A stretch of 64,000 nt of DNA from an uncultured Phycisphaerales bacterium. Lineage in GTDB: Bacteria; Planctomycetota; Phycisphaerae; Phycisphaerales; SM1A02. Both the position numbers and the translations under genes were made by a program. Positions 18,329-28,145 of the stretch are shown here, piece after piece (within the stretch, counting starts at the first letter, position 1; each line of letters begins with the position of its first letter). The notes under the pieces are model-generated. The model did no database searches. It saw only the letters and a list, made by a program, of their open reading frames with translations, and was not told the origin of the DNA. Location of the stretch: assembly GCA_938084645.1 (NCBI GenBank), contig CALKEP010000008.1:118459-182458 (forward strand), given 5' to 3'.

Positions 18329-19804
18329 ATGCGTTGCAAGAAATGTGACTATCCGCTCTGGAACCTGTCGCCCGGCGCGTGCCCCGAATGCGGGAACGCG
18401 TTCCGTCCGGGCGACTTCGAGTTCAAGATCGGCGAGGTCCGCTTCTGCTGTCCGCACTGCGATCAGGCCTACTACGGCGATACCGCCGATGGTCACCTCG
18501 ATCCGAAGTCCTTCGAGTGCGTCGGTTGCCGAGCCTCGATCGAACAGGATGAGTGCACCGTCCGGCCGCTCGAGGGTCAGGACGCGATCGACACGACGGT
18601 GGCCCCGTGGTTCGACCCCGCGCGAGGGCTGTTCAAGCGGACGATCTTCACCGCGGGGTGGGCGATGGTGCGCCCCGGTGACCTTGCTCGGGGGATTCCG
18701 CGGGATTCAGGTCTGAACGCCGGACTCGCCTTCCTGATGCTGGTCAACCTCCTCTCCCTGGTCGTCGGGTTTCTTCCACTGATCGTCGTCGTCATGGCCG
18801 TTCCGCTCTGGACCCAGGGGCTCAACGGTATGAACGCGCCGGGCATCGGCGTGGCCGCCGGCTTCATCTCCATCTTCGGCGGCACGACGTTCGCGGCGAG
18901 CCTGTTCGGCGTGCTGCTCATCGCGGTCGTGGCCCATGGGATCCTTCGGCTCACCGGACCGGTCCAGGATGGACTCGGGCGGACGGTGTCGCTCGCCTGC
19001 TTCGGGTCCGGACCGGTGCTGATCGTCGCGATTCCCTGCCTCGGTCCCTACTGCGGAAGCCAGGTGAGTGGTGTCTGGGCGATCGTCTCCACGATCCTGC
19101 TCCTCGCCGCGGGCCAGCGGGTCGGAGGCGGGCGGGCGACGCTCGCGGTCCTCACCCTGCCCATTCTCGCGCTGCTCGCGTTCGTCGGCTTCGTCGTGTT
19201 TTCCGCCGTTGGTTCGGCGAACGTGACGATGAACCCGGTCGTCGTGCCGGGGGTGAACGGTGCGCCGCCGGCGATCGCGACTCCGATCGAGGGTTCGCCG
19301 TCGGTGGTGGCGGACGGTGTCCAGGACATCGTGCGAGACCTGCTTCCCGAGATCTCATCCGTTTCGGCGACGGCCACGCTCGACGTGACGCTGCCGGAGC
19401 GACTTCGTGCGGATGGTCTCGGGGATCTGATCCCCGAGTCTTCCACGGCCATCACCACGCCCGGGGCCGGATGGATCACCTGGTATGCCGGCGATCTCTG
19501 GTTGACGGTGATTCCCGGGATGCCCCGGCGTGGTCCGTCGAAGTGCGTGATCGGGATCCGATCGGACGCCGACCAGTCCGATCGAATCACGGTGATCACG
19601 ATCTCCGGCAAGGATGGCAGCATCGACCAGGTCGACGCTGCGGCGTTCCGCGACAGGCTGAACGAACGGCTGGCCTTCCTCGGGCTGGGGGTGGAGGATC
19701 CGATCCCCGCCGTGCTGGTGGGCCGTTGGCTGGCGGGCACGTCGCCACCGGCGGACTCCGCCGGTGAAGCACCACCCGAGGCTCCGGCCGACGGTGGTGC
19801 CTGA
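18329..19804 (+). CDS. Multi zinc-ribbon + Yip1-like multi-TM membrane protein
   Basis: CKKCDYPLWNL..GACPECG, CPHC, CVGC; about 5 TM helices; SD GGAGG before ATG 18329. Confidence 0.7.
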   Translation: MRCKKCDYPLWNLSPGACPECGNAFRPGDFEFKIGEVRFCCPHCDQAYYGDTADGHLDPKSFECVGCRASIEQDECTVRPLEGQDAIDTTVAPWFDPARGLFKRTIFTAGWAMVRPGDLARGIPRDSGLNAGLAFLMLVNLLSLVVGFLPLIVVVMAVPLWTQGLNGMNAPGIGVAAGFISIFGGTTFAASLFGVLLIAVVAHGILRLTGPVQDGLGRTVSLACFGSGPVLIVAIPCLGPYCGSQVSGVWAIVSTILLLAAGQRVGGGRATLAVLTLPILALLAFVGFVVFSAVGSANVTMNPVVVPGVNGAPPAIATPIEGSPSVVADGVQDIVRDLLPEISSVSATATLDVTLPERLRADGLGDLIPESSTAITTPGAGWITWYAGDLWLTVIPGMPRRGPSKCVIGIRSDADQSDRITVITISGKDGSIDQVDAAAFRDRLNERLAFLGLGVEDPIPAVLVGRWLAGTSPPADSAGEAPPEAPADGGA

Positions 19805-19846
19805 GCGGGCCGGTGCCGGAGCGTCCTGACCGCCCCGTCACCTTCG

Positions 19847-21310
19847 TCAGTCACCCTTGACGGTGAGGTCGACGATCGCGGAGGCGTCACCGGTGGTCGT
19901 GCCGAAGTGGGAGCCGCAGCCGGTGCCGTCTTCACTCGCTTCAGTCTGCTTGTGCAGCGAAGTCGCCCGATACTTCGACCAGTCGTCGACTTCCAGGTCG
20001 GGACCGTCCGGCTCGAAGTGGGGCTTGAGCACGCGATAGTCGTTGTCGCGCTGCGCGGGGACGAAACCGGCGTCCCGGATCAGTCGGCAGATCATCGGCT
20101 CGTTGAGACAGTGGGCGGTGCCGGCGGAGGACACCACGTTCTCCTCCATCATCACCGAGCCCATGTCGTTCGCGCCGAAGCGGAGGCCGACCTGTCCGAT
20201 GTGCGGGCCCATGGTCACCCAGCTCGAGCCGATCGACCAGATGTTGTCGAGGTAGAGGCGACTCAGCGCCTGGGTGCGAAGGTAGGTCGTGGCGCCCGCG
20301 AGTCGAAGTCGCCGACCGAACTCCGGATGGAGTTCCTTGTCGCCGGATCCGTCGAGCAGACCGACCACGTCTCCCGGGAACGGTGCGTCGGGGTCGTCGC
20401 CCTCGACGTCGCCCCAGGCCTTGAGCCGGCCGAGCGGGGTGTTGTCGGGCTGGAAGGGCCAGGAGATGAAGGCGTGGTATCGACCGCCGCCGTCCGAGGC
20501 GAAGTCGCGGATCGCGTCGTCCTGCCAGCGGCGGACGAGTTCCATGTGGTGGATGCGGTCTCCGACGCCCTCGATGTGCCCGAACATCATCGTGGCGGAG
20601 GTGTTCAGTCCGAACTCATGGGCGACCCGCATCACGGTCAGCCACGCCTCGGCGGTGCACTTCCCGAGACCGATCTTCCGGCGAACGGCGTCCGCGAAGA
20701 TCTCCCCGCCGCCACCGGGGATCGAGTCGAGGCCCGCCGCCACCAGCGGCGCCAGCACGGTTCGAAGCTTGTCGGCGAGGGTGTCGCCCGCCGGGTCGAA
20801 GAAGTTGACGAACTCGATGAACTCCGGGGGGCTGAACGCGTGGACGTGGAGGTCGGGGAACTCCGCCTTGATGCGACGGAGCAGTTCGACGTACCAGTCG
20901 AGGGGGAGTTCGGGGTTCATCCCGCCCTGCATCAGGATCTGGGTGCCGCCGATCGCGACGACCTCCCGGATCTTCTGCAGCAGTTCCTCGTACTCGAGGG
21001 TGTAGGCGTCGTCGTCGCCCTGATCCCGCCGGAAGGCACAGAAGGTGCACTTCGCGGTGCAGACGTTCGTGTAGTTGATGTTCCGGTCGATCACGTAGGT
21101 CCGGATCGAGTCGCCATGGATCGCCCGGCATCGCCGGTCCGCGAGTCGGCCGAGATCGGCGATCGGCATGCGGTGCCAGGCGTCGAGCGCCTGCTCCGCC
21201 GACAGCCTCGTCTCGCCGGCGACCAACGCGTCCTGAAAGCCGGGATCGAGGGGATCGGCGTTCGGTTCGATGGTCGGTGACTTCTGGCGGTCGGGTTCGG
21301 GGGTGATCAT
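19847..21310 (-). CDS. mqnC: Cyclic dehypoxanthine futalosine synthase (radical SAM, MqnC/CofH family)
   Basis: TYVIDRNINYTNVC..KC.FC, SIPGGGGEI, TMMFGHIE, FGANDMGSVMMEENVV; mqnD also in window. Confidence 0.88.
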   Translation of the reverse strand: MITPEPDRQKSPTIEPNADPLDPGFQDALVAGETRLSAEQALDAWHRMPIADLGRLADRRCRAIHGDSIRTYVIDRNINYTNVCTAKCTFCAFRRDQGDDDAYTLEYEELLQKIREVVAIGGTQILMQGGMNPELPLDWYVELLRRIKAEFPDLHVHAFSPPEFIEFVNFFDPAGDTLADKLRTVLAPLVAAGLDSIPGGGGEIFADAVRRKIGLGKCTAEAWLTVMRVAHEFGLNTSATMMFGHIEGVGDRIHHMELVRRWQDDAIRDFASDGGGRYHAFISWPFQPDNTPLGRLKAWGDVEGDDPDAPFPGDVVGLLDGSGDKELHPEFGRRLRLAGATTYLRTQALSRLYLDNIWSIGSSWVTMGPHIGQVGLRFGANDMGSVMMEENVVSSAGTAHCLNEPMICRLIRDAGFVPAQRDNDYRVLKPHFEPDGPDLEVDDWSKYRATSLHKQTEASEDGTGCGSHFGTTTGDASAIVDLTVKGD

Positions 21311-21412
21311 CGGCGGATTCCTGCGAATGACGCGGCGGTGGGGGCCGGTCCGGGTTCGATCGATGCTAGCGAGGATCCGTGTCGTCGGCGTCCGACGGCC
21401 CGGAACGGGATC

Positions 21413-22999
21413 TCAGACCTTGATCCTGGTCCAGCCGCCGTGGAGGAATCGGATCAGGAACAACATCCCGCGGATGACGATTTCGCCCATCAGGCCCATC
21501 CAGATTCCCGCGAGACCGAGTTCGAGGTGGACCCCGAGAAGCCAGCAGGCGGGAAGGCGGATCCCGTAGCTGGAGCAGGTGGTGATCAGCAGCGTCCACC
21601 GGGTGTCGCCCACCCCGCGAAGCCCCTGTCGCAGGACCATGGTCAGGGCGAAGAAGGCCTGGGTCGTCCCGCAGATGAAGAGGAGGCGGGGCACCTCGGC
21701 GAGATGGATCGGTTGATCGCTGATGATCGAGGTGAGCGTCCGGCCGAAGAGCATGAACACCACGCCCATCGCCGACATCATGATCACGCCGATGACCGTG
21801 CAGGCGATCAGCGCCCTCCGGGCCATGCCGGGGTTTCCAGCGCCGAGGTACTGGCCCGCGAGGGCGCCGGCCGCGGTCCCCATCGCGAATCCGGGCAGGA
21901 AACTGAAGGCCTCCCACTGGACGGTGATGATGTGGGCGCCCACGAGCCCGCCGGCTTCGGCGACTTCCCCGGACGCCGTGGCTTTGGCCGCGATCCGACC
22001 GATGAAGCCGACCACGATGAGGCTGACCGCCCACATCGCGATGCCTTCGAAGAAGGTCGGGATGCCGACCTTGACGACCCGCATCATGATCGAACGCTCG
22101 GGACGCAGCCGGGGCAGCTCGAGCCGAAGATCCTTCACGCCCCGGAACAGCACGAAGAGCGTGATGATTCCACCCACCGCCCAGCTCGTCGCGGTGCCGG
22201 CCGCGATGCCGCTGACGCCCCATTCGAGCGGGTCCACCCCGCCGGGGTTGGGGATCTCCACGCCCGCGATGTCGAGCGAGACCCCGGAAAGCAGCCACGA
22301 GGCGATGACGTTCACCACGTTCACCACGGCGGCGATGATGCTCGGCTTGAGCGTCTCGCCGGCGCCGAAGAGGCACATCGAGCCCACCATCATCACGCCG
22401 CAGAGCGGCATGCCCAGCGACATGGTCCGGACGTAGTCGACGGCATGGCGGCTGGCGTCGGGCGTCAGGTCGGTGAGCGCCGCCAACGGCGTCACGGCGA
22501 ACCACATCACCACGCCGACCAGCGTCGACCACGCCACACCGAGCACGATGGTCGTGCCGAGTCCGCGCGATGCCAGTTCGCCATCGCCGGCCCCCATCGC
22601 TCGTGCGATGAGCGCCTGGCCGCCGAGCCCCACGCCACCGAGGGCGATCGACACGAACCAGCCGACGAACGAACCGATGCCCACGCCGTCCATCGCCGCG
22701 ACCACGATCGCTTCGGGCAGGCCCCCGGCGAGCATCTTGTCCACCAGTCCGACCAGGGCGGTCAGCGTCTGCTGCAGCAGCACCGGGATCGCGAGGATGC
22801 CGATCGCCGACCACATGGACCGGCCCGCGAGCCGACCCGACCGGATGACGCCTTCCTCGATCCCGTCCGCCTCCTCCTCCTGCATGGTGAGGATGGGATT
22901 CATCGGATCGTCCGGCGAGAGGCCGGCGTCACCGATGCCACGGCCCCGGAGGGGCTCGGCGTCGATTGGTTCGTGGGGGTGGTCGTCGCGTTCGGTCAA
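21413..22999 (-). CDS. MATE family efflux transporter
   Basis: About 12 TM; VGLVDKML, GAGETLKP, GQYLGAGN, LRGVGDT; TTG start overlapping upstream stop (start uncertain). Confidence 0.9.
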   Translation of the reverse strand: MTERDDHPHEPIDAEPLRGRGIGDAGLSPDDPMNPILTMQEEEADGIEEGVIRSGRLAGRSMWSAIGILAIPVLLQQTLTALVGLVDKMLAGGLPEAIVVAAMDGVGIGSFVGWFVSIALGGVGLGGQALIARAMGAGDGELASRGLGTTIVLGVAWSTLVGVVMWFAVTPLAALTDLTPDASRHAVDYVRTMSLGMPLCGVMMVGSMCLFGAGETLKPSIIAAVVNVVNVIASWLLSGVSLDIAGVEIPNPGGVDPLEWGVSGIAAGTATSWAVGGIITLFVLFRGVKDLRLELPRLRPERSIMMRVVKVGIPTFFEGIAMWAVSLIVVGFIGRIAAKATASGEVAEAGGLVGAHIITVQWEAFSFLPGFAMGTAAGALAGQYLGAGNPGMARRALIACTVIGVIMMSAMGVVFMLFGRTLTSIISDQPIHLAEVPRLLFICGTTQAFFALTMVLRQGLRGVGDTRWTLLITTCSSYGIRLPACWLLGVHLELGLAGIWMGLMGEIVIRGMLFLIRFLHGGWTRIKV

Positions 23000-23925
23000 G
23001 GACCTTCGCCGACGTTCTCGTAGGTCCGATCGGGATCGGCCTTCGTCTTCGCGGCCCCGTCCTTCGAGCCGGCGTCCTTCGCGGCGCCCTCCTCGTAGGT
23101 GGCGTCGCTGGATTCATCGAGGCCACGGGGCACGCCCGGCTTCTCGAAGTCCACCGGTGCCCAGAAGGCGAGTTTCTCGAAGAACGAGATCGGACGCTCG
23201 AAGGTGGGGTAGAGGAACGTCTCGACGTCGGCGAAGGCGGCATCGGTCGAGTCGTACCAGGACAGCCATGCAGGGGCGTCAACGCCGAAGTCCCGGCCCG
23301 TGAGGACGCGAAGGCTGTCGGCCGCGGCGAGGTTGAGCGCGAGGCTCCGATCCTCGAGCGCGAGGGCGAGGGCCTGGAACGCCGCGTCGGTCGGATACTG
23401 GCCGAGGGCGATCGCGAGTTCGATCCGGATCGCTTCGTCCTCGTTCTCGTCGATGAGTCGTCGCCAGATTCGATCCTCGACGGCGGGCTCGTGGAGCCGC
23501 TGCAGGGCGATGGCCGCCTCGAGCCGGACCTGGCGGTAGTCGTTCTCGAGTTGATCCGCGATCTGGATCGCGTCCTCGGGTTCGCCCCAGCGTCCCAGGG
23601 CGCGGATGCCCGAGGATCGGACGAGCGGATCGGGGCTCTCCGTCGCGAGCACGCGGTACAGGTCGACGTAGGTGCGGTCGCCGCCGAAGGTCGCGTTGGA
23701 GAGGAGGATCACGCCCTTTCGCTGCAGGCCCGGATCGTTGAAGTCCGACGCCCACACCGCCGCCTGGAACGGGCTCGGCGGCGAGAACTTCTCGGTGAAG
23801 TCGTTCACGTCCTCGTTGAACGCATCGCAGCCGAGGACGCCGGTCGCGAGCAGGAGGACGGCCGACGCCAGCCGGGTCCGGGCGGCGAAGGGGGGTCGGG
23901 ATTGATCGCGAGGGCGTGACGGCAC
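22996..23925 (-). CDS. HEAT-repeat lipoprotein
   Basis: Lipobox VLGC; repeats such as DPLVRSSGIRALG, QVRLEAAIAL, AIRIELAIALG. Confidence 0.75.
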   Translation of the reverse strand: MPSRPRDQSRPPFAARTRLASAVLLLATGVLGCDAFNEDVNDFTEKFSPPSPFQAAVWASDFNDPGLQRKGVILLSNATFGGDRTYVDLYRVLATESPDPLVRSSGIRALGRWGEPEDAIQIADQLENDYRQVRLEAAIALQRLHEPAVEDRIWRRLIDENEDEAIRIELAIALGQYPTDAAFQALALALEDRSLALNLAAADSLRVLTGRDFGVDAPAWLSWYDSTDAAFADVETFLYPTFERPISFFEKLAFWAPVDFEKPGVPRGLDESSDATYEEGAAKDAGSKDGAAKTKADPDRTYENVGEGP

Positions 23926-23965
23926 GCCGCGGAGTATACGTCCGTTCCGTGGTCTTCCGGGCGGT

Positions 23966-24910
23966 TCAGGAACGATCCGGGGCGAGTCCGGCGCGATTCC
24001 GGAGCCCCGCGAGAAGCTCCGTCGCCTCTTCCGCCATCCGGGTGTTCGGATACTCGTCCACGAGGCGTTCGCCGAGCTCGACCGCGGTCTTCCAGTCGCG
24101 TGCGTTGATCGCGTCGCGGAAGCGGACCCCGCATCGCTCCCGATGGGCGGCCACGATCGGCTGGGCGACGTCGAGTACCCGGGTGCTTTCGCGCCCGACG
24201 AGGTGCCGGTCGAGGTCCCGAAGGAGCGTCATCGCCTCGTCGATCCGGCCGGTCGCGTGCGCTTCACGCATCCGCGTCTCGACGTCGGCCGCGTGGCGGA
24301 GTCGCGCCGCCAGGATCTGTTCCGGCAGGCTCGCGATCGCGGGGGTGTCGGGGAAGAGTCGTTCGAGTCGATGCTGGACCCCGGCGGCGGCATCCCAGTC
24401 GCCGGCGGCCAGCAGTCGAGCGATGTGACGCGTTCCGTCCGCGATCCGTCGTTCGACCTCCTCGCGGCGGCTGGCGTCGATGCGGGCGCGAAGCCCCTCG
24501 GCCTCCTCCCGTCGCCCGAACTGGGTTCCAAGTTCGTCGACCATCCGCATCGCCGCGTCGAAATCACCGGACGCGATGTCCTGCTCCAGGAGCATTCGCA
24601 GCAGTTCGAGTTCTCGATCCCGGTAGACCAGTCGTTTGGCCTGATCGGAGAGCATCGAATGTTCCTCGATGCGTCCGAGGATCGCGGCGGTGGAATCGCC
24701 GTCGGCGGCGCCGCGTCGTCCGAGGAGCGTGGCCAGTCCGATCGCGAGCAGGGAGGCGATGCCGCCGGCGACCGCACCGGCGAGCATCGGCGCGGACCAC
24801 GCGGCCTCCGGACGCAGGAAGGCGATGGTTCCCAGCAGCACCGCGAGGAACACGGCGGCGGCGAACCAGGGCAGACCCGTCCGAACCGTCCCGTCGTGGG
24901 TCGCCTTCAC
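23966..24910 (-). CDS. Conserved hypothetical protein, 2 TM + helical (TPR-like) domain
   Basis: Two N-terminal TM helices; A..L...YP motifs; GTGA overlap with upstream cupin gene. Confidence 0.65.
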   Translation of the reverse strand: MKATHDGTVRTGLPWFAAAVFLAVLLGTIAFLRPEAAWSAPMLAGAVAGGIASLLAIGLATLLGRRGAADGDSTAAILGRIEEHSMLSDQAKRLVYRDRELELLRMLLEQDIASGDFDAAMRMVDELGTQFGRREEAEGLRARIDASRREEVERRIADGTRHIARLLAAGDWDAAAGVQHRLERLFPDTPAIASLPEQILAARLRHAADVETRMREAHATGRIDEAMTLLRDLDRHLVGRESTRVLDVAQPIVAAHRERCGVRFRDAINARDWKTAVELGERLVDEYPNTRMAEEATELLAGLRNRAGLAPDRS

Positions 24911-25275
24911 GAGCCCGGCACCGCACTGCCGTCACCCCGGGTCCGGGGGACGAGGCAGATGAACTCGACCGGCTCGGAACCGGTGTTGCGGAACTGATGC
25001 ACCTGATCGGCTTCGACGTACATGACGTCGCCCGGATGGAACCGGACGGTCTCGTCTCCGTGATCGGCCTCGCCGTCGCCGGCGAGGACGATCACCTGGT
25101 GTTCGTAGTCGTGGGCGTGCTTCGGCGTGTGTCCGCCGGGTTGAACGACGAAGTGCCGCATCGAGAAGTTCGGCATGTCGTCCGCGGCGCCCAGCAGCAC
25201 GCGCATGGCGACATCCTTCACGCCATCGAGTTCCACCGCGGTGGTCTCGGAGGAATCGAGTCGAGTGCGAATCAT
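24907..25275 (-). CDS. Cupin domain protein
   Basis: PGGHTPKHAHDYEH and HQFRNTG cupin motifs. Confidence 0.88.
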   Translation of the reverse strand: MIRTRLDSSETTAVELDGVKDVAMRVLLGAADDMPNFSMRHFVVQPGGHTPKHAHDYEHQVIVLAGDGEADHGDETVRFHPGDVMYVEADQVHQFRNTGSEPVEFICLVPRTRGDGSAVPGS

Positions 25276-25339
25276 GCGGTGGGCTCCGGTTCGGAGGAAG
25301 ATGGGGAATCGGGCGACGACTTCCCGTACTGTAGTGGGC

Positions 25340-26008
25340 ATGACCGACCAGACCTCGACGGATCCCGTGCTCGCGATCATCCCGCTGGGCGACTACCAGA
25401 CCAACGGCTTCGTGGTGGCCGACGATGCCGACCCCGCTCGATGCTGGATCGTCGACTGCGGCCAGCGCCCGACGCCGCTGCTCGAGGCGGTCGAGGCCAC
25501 CGGGCGGACCCCCGCGGGCATCGTGCTCACGCACTGTCATCACGATCACATCGCCGGGATCGACGAGGCCCTGACCCGGTTCGGCTCGATGCCGATCCGC
25601 TGCCATGCCGCGGAGGCGGACTGGAATGGAGAGCCGATGCTCAATCTCTCCGCCTTCCTGGGTGCTCCGGCCACCGCGACGCCGCCCGACGGTGTCTTCG
25701 ACGAGGGGGATCCATGCCCGCTCGGGCCGGCGTGGCGGATCATGCATCTCCCCGGACACAGCCCGGGCTCCTGCGGATTCCTGCACGAACCGACGGGTGT
25801 CCTGATCGCGGGGGACACCCTCTTCGCAGGGTCGATCGGCCGCATCGATTTTCCGACCTCGGATCCCGAGGCGATGCGTGGATCGTTGCGTCGAATCCTG
25901 GCGCTCGAGGACGCGACACGGGTGCTTCCCGGTCATGGCGGCGAGACCACGGTGGGGCGGGAGCGGGCGGGGAATCCGTTCGTCGAGGGTGGTGAGCCTC
26001 GCTTCTGA
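25340..26008 (+). CDS. MBL-fold metallo-hydrolase (glyoxalase II/YcbL-like)
   Basis: THCHHDH, PGHSPG, GDTLFAGSIGR.D, PGHG. Confidence 0.92.
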   Translation: MTDQTSTDPVLAIIPLGDYQTNGFVVADDADPARCWIVDCGQRPTPLLEAVEATGRTPAGIVLTHCHHDHIAGIDEALTRFGSMPIRCHAAEADWNGEPMLNLSAFLGAPATATPPDGVFDEGDPCPLGPAWRIMHLPGHSPGSCGFLHEPTGVLIAGDTLFAGSIGRIDFPTSDPEAMRGSLRRILALEDATRVLPGHGGETTVGRERAGNPFVEGGEPRF

Positions 26009-26170
26009 TCCCGCCGACAAGCCGCTTCTGAGGTTCTCAGGGGGTCTGTTCGACGTTCGGAACCGGATTTCACTCGAACTTGCCGGCTCCATCGTTGGTT
26101 TTTTCCATCGAGCGGCTAGTTTGGAGTTGTCCGCTCCCCTCCCATCGCCCTTCGCACCGGAGTTCCATTC

Positions 26171-27001
26171 ATGAAGTCAGCCCTCCTCGCCGCCGTGTCT
26201 GCGCCCTTGCTGCTCTGCGGATCGGCCGCCCTCGGCCAGAGCACCGCGGACTTCGAGGTGATCGAAGGCTCGACCGCGGTCCTCACGCTCACGCTCACCA
26301 TCGACACCTCGATCGGCACGAGCTCGGACGTGGACTCGACCACCCAGCAGGTCACCGGTTTCGCCCGCGCGAACTTCGATTCCGCGGTTCCTCCGTTTCT
26401 CGCGATGGAACTTCCGGAACTGGAGTTCAACCTCGGGACCGGAGGCGTGAGCTACGAGCTGTTCTGCCTCCCGATCTTCGGCTGCCAGGCGCTGGACATC
26501 ACGGTCTCCGACTTCATCATCCGACTCGACGAGGGCGGGGCCTCCGCCCCGCTCAAGGGCAACACCGCGTTCTTTCCGGATGCGCCGTTCGTCTCGAGCT
26601 TCAACTACAGCGTGACCGGCGACCTCGTGAACATCGAAGGCTCGAACGTGGTTCCGGACTTCTACAGCTTCGGCACCGACGTCCTTCCCTTGAAGGGGAA
26701 GGATCTGCTCATGGACAATCTCCTGCTGCAGACGTTCTCCTTCGAACTGGATCCGGCGGAACTTCCGGTCGGCGTGAACAGCGTCACGATCGAGGCCCAG
26801 GTCGATCTCTCGGGAACGACGCTGTTCGGGACGCTCGAGCCCTCGTGCCTGCCCGGTGATTTCAACTGCGACGGTTGCGTCGACGGCGGCGATCTGGGCT
26901 TCCTCCTCGCGGCCTGGGGCACCCCGGGTGGCGACCTCTCCGGCGACGGGTCGACCGATGGTGCCGACCTGGGCATCTTCCTGTCGCTGTGGGGTTGCTG
27001 A
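26171..27001 (+). CDS. Secreted beta-rich protein with C-terminal dockerin-like domain
   Basis: Signal peptide; C-terminal CLPGDFNCDGCVDGGDLGFLLAAWG...DLSGDGSTDGADLGIFLSLWG; SD GGAG. Confidence 0.75.
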   Translation: MKSALLAAVSAPLLLCGSAALGQSTADFEVIEGSTAVLTLTLTIDTSIGTSSDVDSTTQQVTGFARANFDSAVPPFLAMELPELEFNLGTGGVSYELFCLPIFGCQALDITVSDFIIRLDEGGASAPLKGNTAFFPDAPFVSSFNYSVTGDLVNIEGSNVVPDFYSFGTDVLPLKGKDLLMDNLLLQTFSFELDPAELPVGVNSVTIEAQVDLSGTTLFGTLEPSCLPGDFNCDGCVDGGDLGFLLAAWGTPGGDLSGDGSTDGADLGIFLSLWGC

Positions 27002-27033
27002 ACCTTCGCCCGCGACGCGATTCTCGATCCATC

Positions 27034-27071
27034 ACGCCGCTTCGTCGCCTGCGACGGGGCGGCGTTTCATT
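27034..27071 (+). terminator. Putative intrinsic terminator
   Basis: acgccgcttcgtcgc-ct-gcgacggggcggcgt hairpin followed by ttcatt. Confidence 0.55.
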
Positions 27072-27137
27072 CGATCCATCCCACTGGCGGCCGGCAGATC
27101 GGCGGCCGGGAACGCGGGGGTGCTAGCATCCCCTCCG

Positions 27138-28052
27138 ATGTCGACGAATCAACCCATCGTGCTCCGCCTCGGTCACAGCCCCGATCCCGACGACGCCTTC
27201 ATGTGGTGGCCGCTCTTCGGAATCGACGGGGAGCCGCCCGCGATCGCTTCGTCCCGATTTCGCTTCGAACAGGTCGAGATCGACATCGAAGCGGCGAATC
27301 GTCGGGCCGAGGCCGGTGACGACCTGCTGGAGATCACCGCCCTGAGCTGCGGACAGTTCCCCCGGGTCGCGGATCGATATGCGATCACCGCCTGCGGTTC
27401 GTCGATGGGTGAGGGCTACGGCCCGAAACTCGTCGCCGCGACCGAGCGGTCGTGGGATGAATTCGCCGCGAGCCGACCGCGGATCGCGACGCCCGGTCGC
27501 CGGACCACCGCGGCCCTGACCCTGGGCCTGCGGATGGCCGGCGTGGATCATGAGCAGATCGAGACGCCGTTCGAAGAGGTCGGAGACCGCGTGCTTGCCG
27601 GCGAGGTGGATGCGGGGGTGGTCATCCACGAAGGCCAGCTCACCTTCGCCGACGACGGTCTCCACCTGCTCGAGGATCTCGGGGCCTGGTGGGGGCGACG
27701 CACCGACGGACCGCTTCCACTCGGCCTCAACGTGGTCCGGCGCGACCTCGAGACGACGCACGGTGCGGGCACGTTGGAGGAGATCGCGGGCCTGCTCGAA
27801 CGCAGCATCGCCCACGCCCTCGAGCATCGGACCCGATCGGTCGAATACGCGATGGGATTCGGTCGTGGCATCGATCACGAGACCGCGGACCGCTTCATCG
27901 AGCTCTACGTCAACCGGCTCACGGTCGACGCCGGGGCCCGGGGCCTCGAAGCGGTTCGTCGCCTCTTCGCCGAGGCGACCGCCGCCGGACTCGTTCCCGC
28001 CGTCGACGCCGTCGAATTCGTCCGGAGTGGGGCGACGGCGACCGAGGGCTGA
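27138..28052 (+). CDS. mqnD: 1,4-dihydroxy-6-naphthoate synthase MqnD
   Basis: LGHSPDPDDAFM, SMGEGYGP, TTA.L, VIHEGQLT, DLGAWW...PLPLG, F..LYVN. Confidence 0.9.
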   Translation: MSTNQPIVLRLGHSPDPDDAFMWWPLFGIDGEPPAIASSRFRFEQVEIDIEAANRRAEAGDDLLEITALSCGQFPRVADRYAITACGSSMGEGYGPKLVAATERSWDEFAASRPRIATPGRRTTAALTLGLRMAGVDHEQIETPFEEVGDRVLAGEVDAGVVIHEGQLTFADDGLHLLEDLGAWWGRRTDGPLPLGLNVVRRDLETTHGAGTLEEIAGLLERSIAHALEHRTRSVEYAMGFGRGIDHETADRFIELYVNRLTVDAGARGLEAVRRLFAEATAAGLVPAVDAVEFVRSGATATEG

Positions 28053-28145
28053 GGCGGTATACTCGCGCGCCCGGACCGAACCAGACCCGCGACGCGACGC
28101 TTCGCGTCGTCACGACCTGAACGGAACGCCTCGAACGGAACGCCC

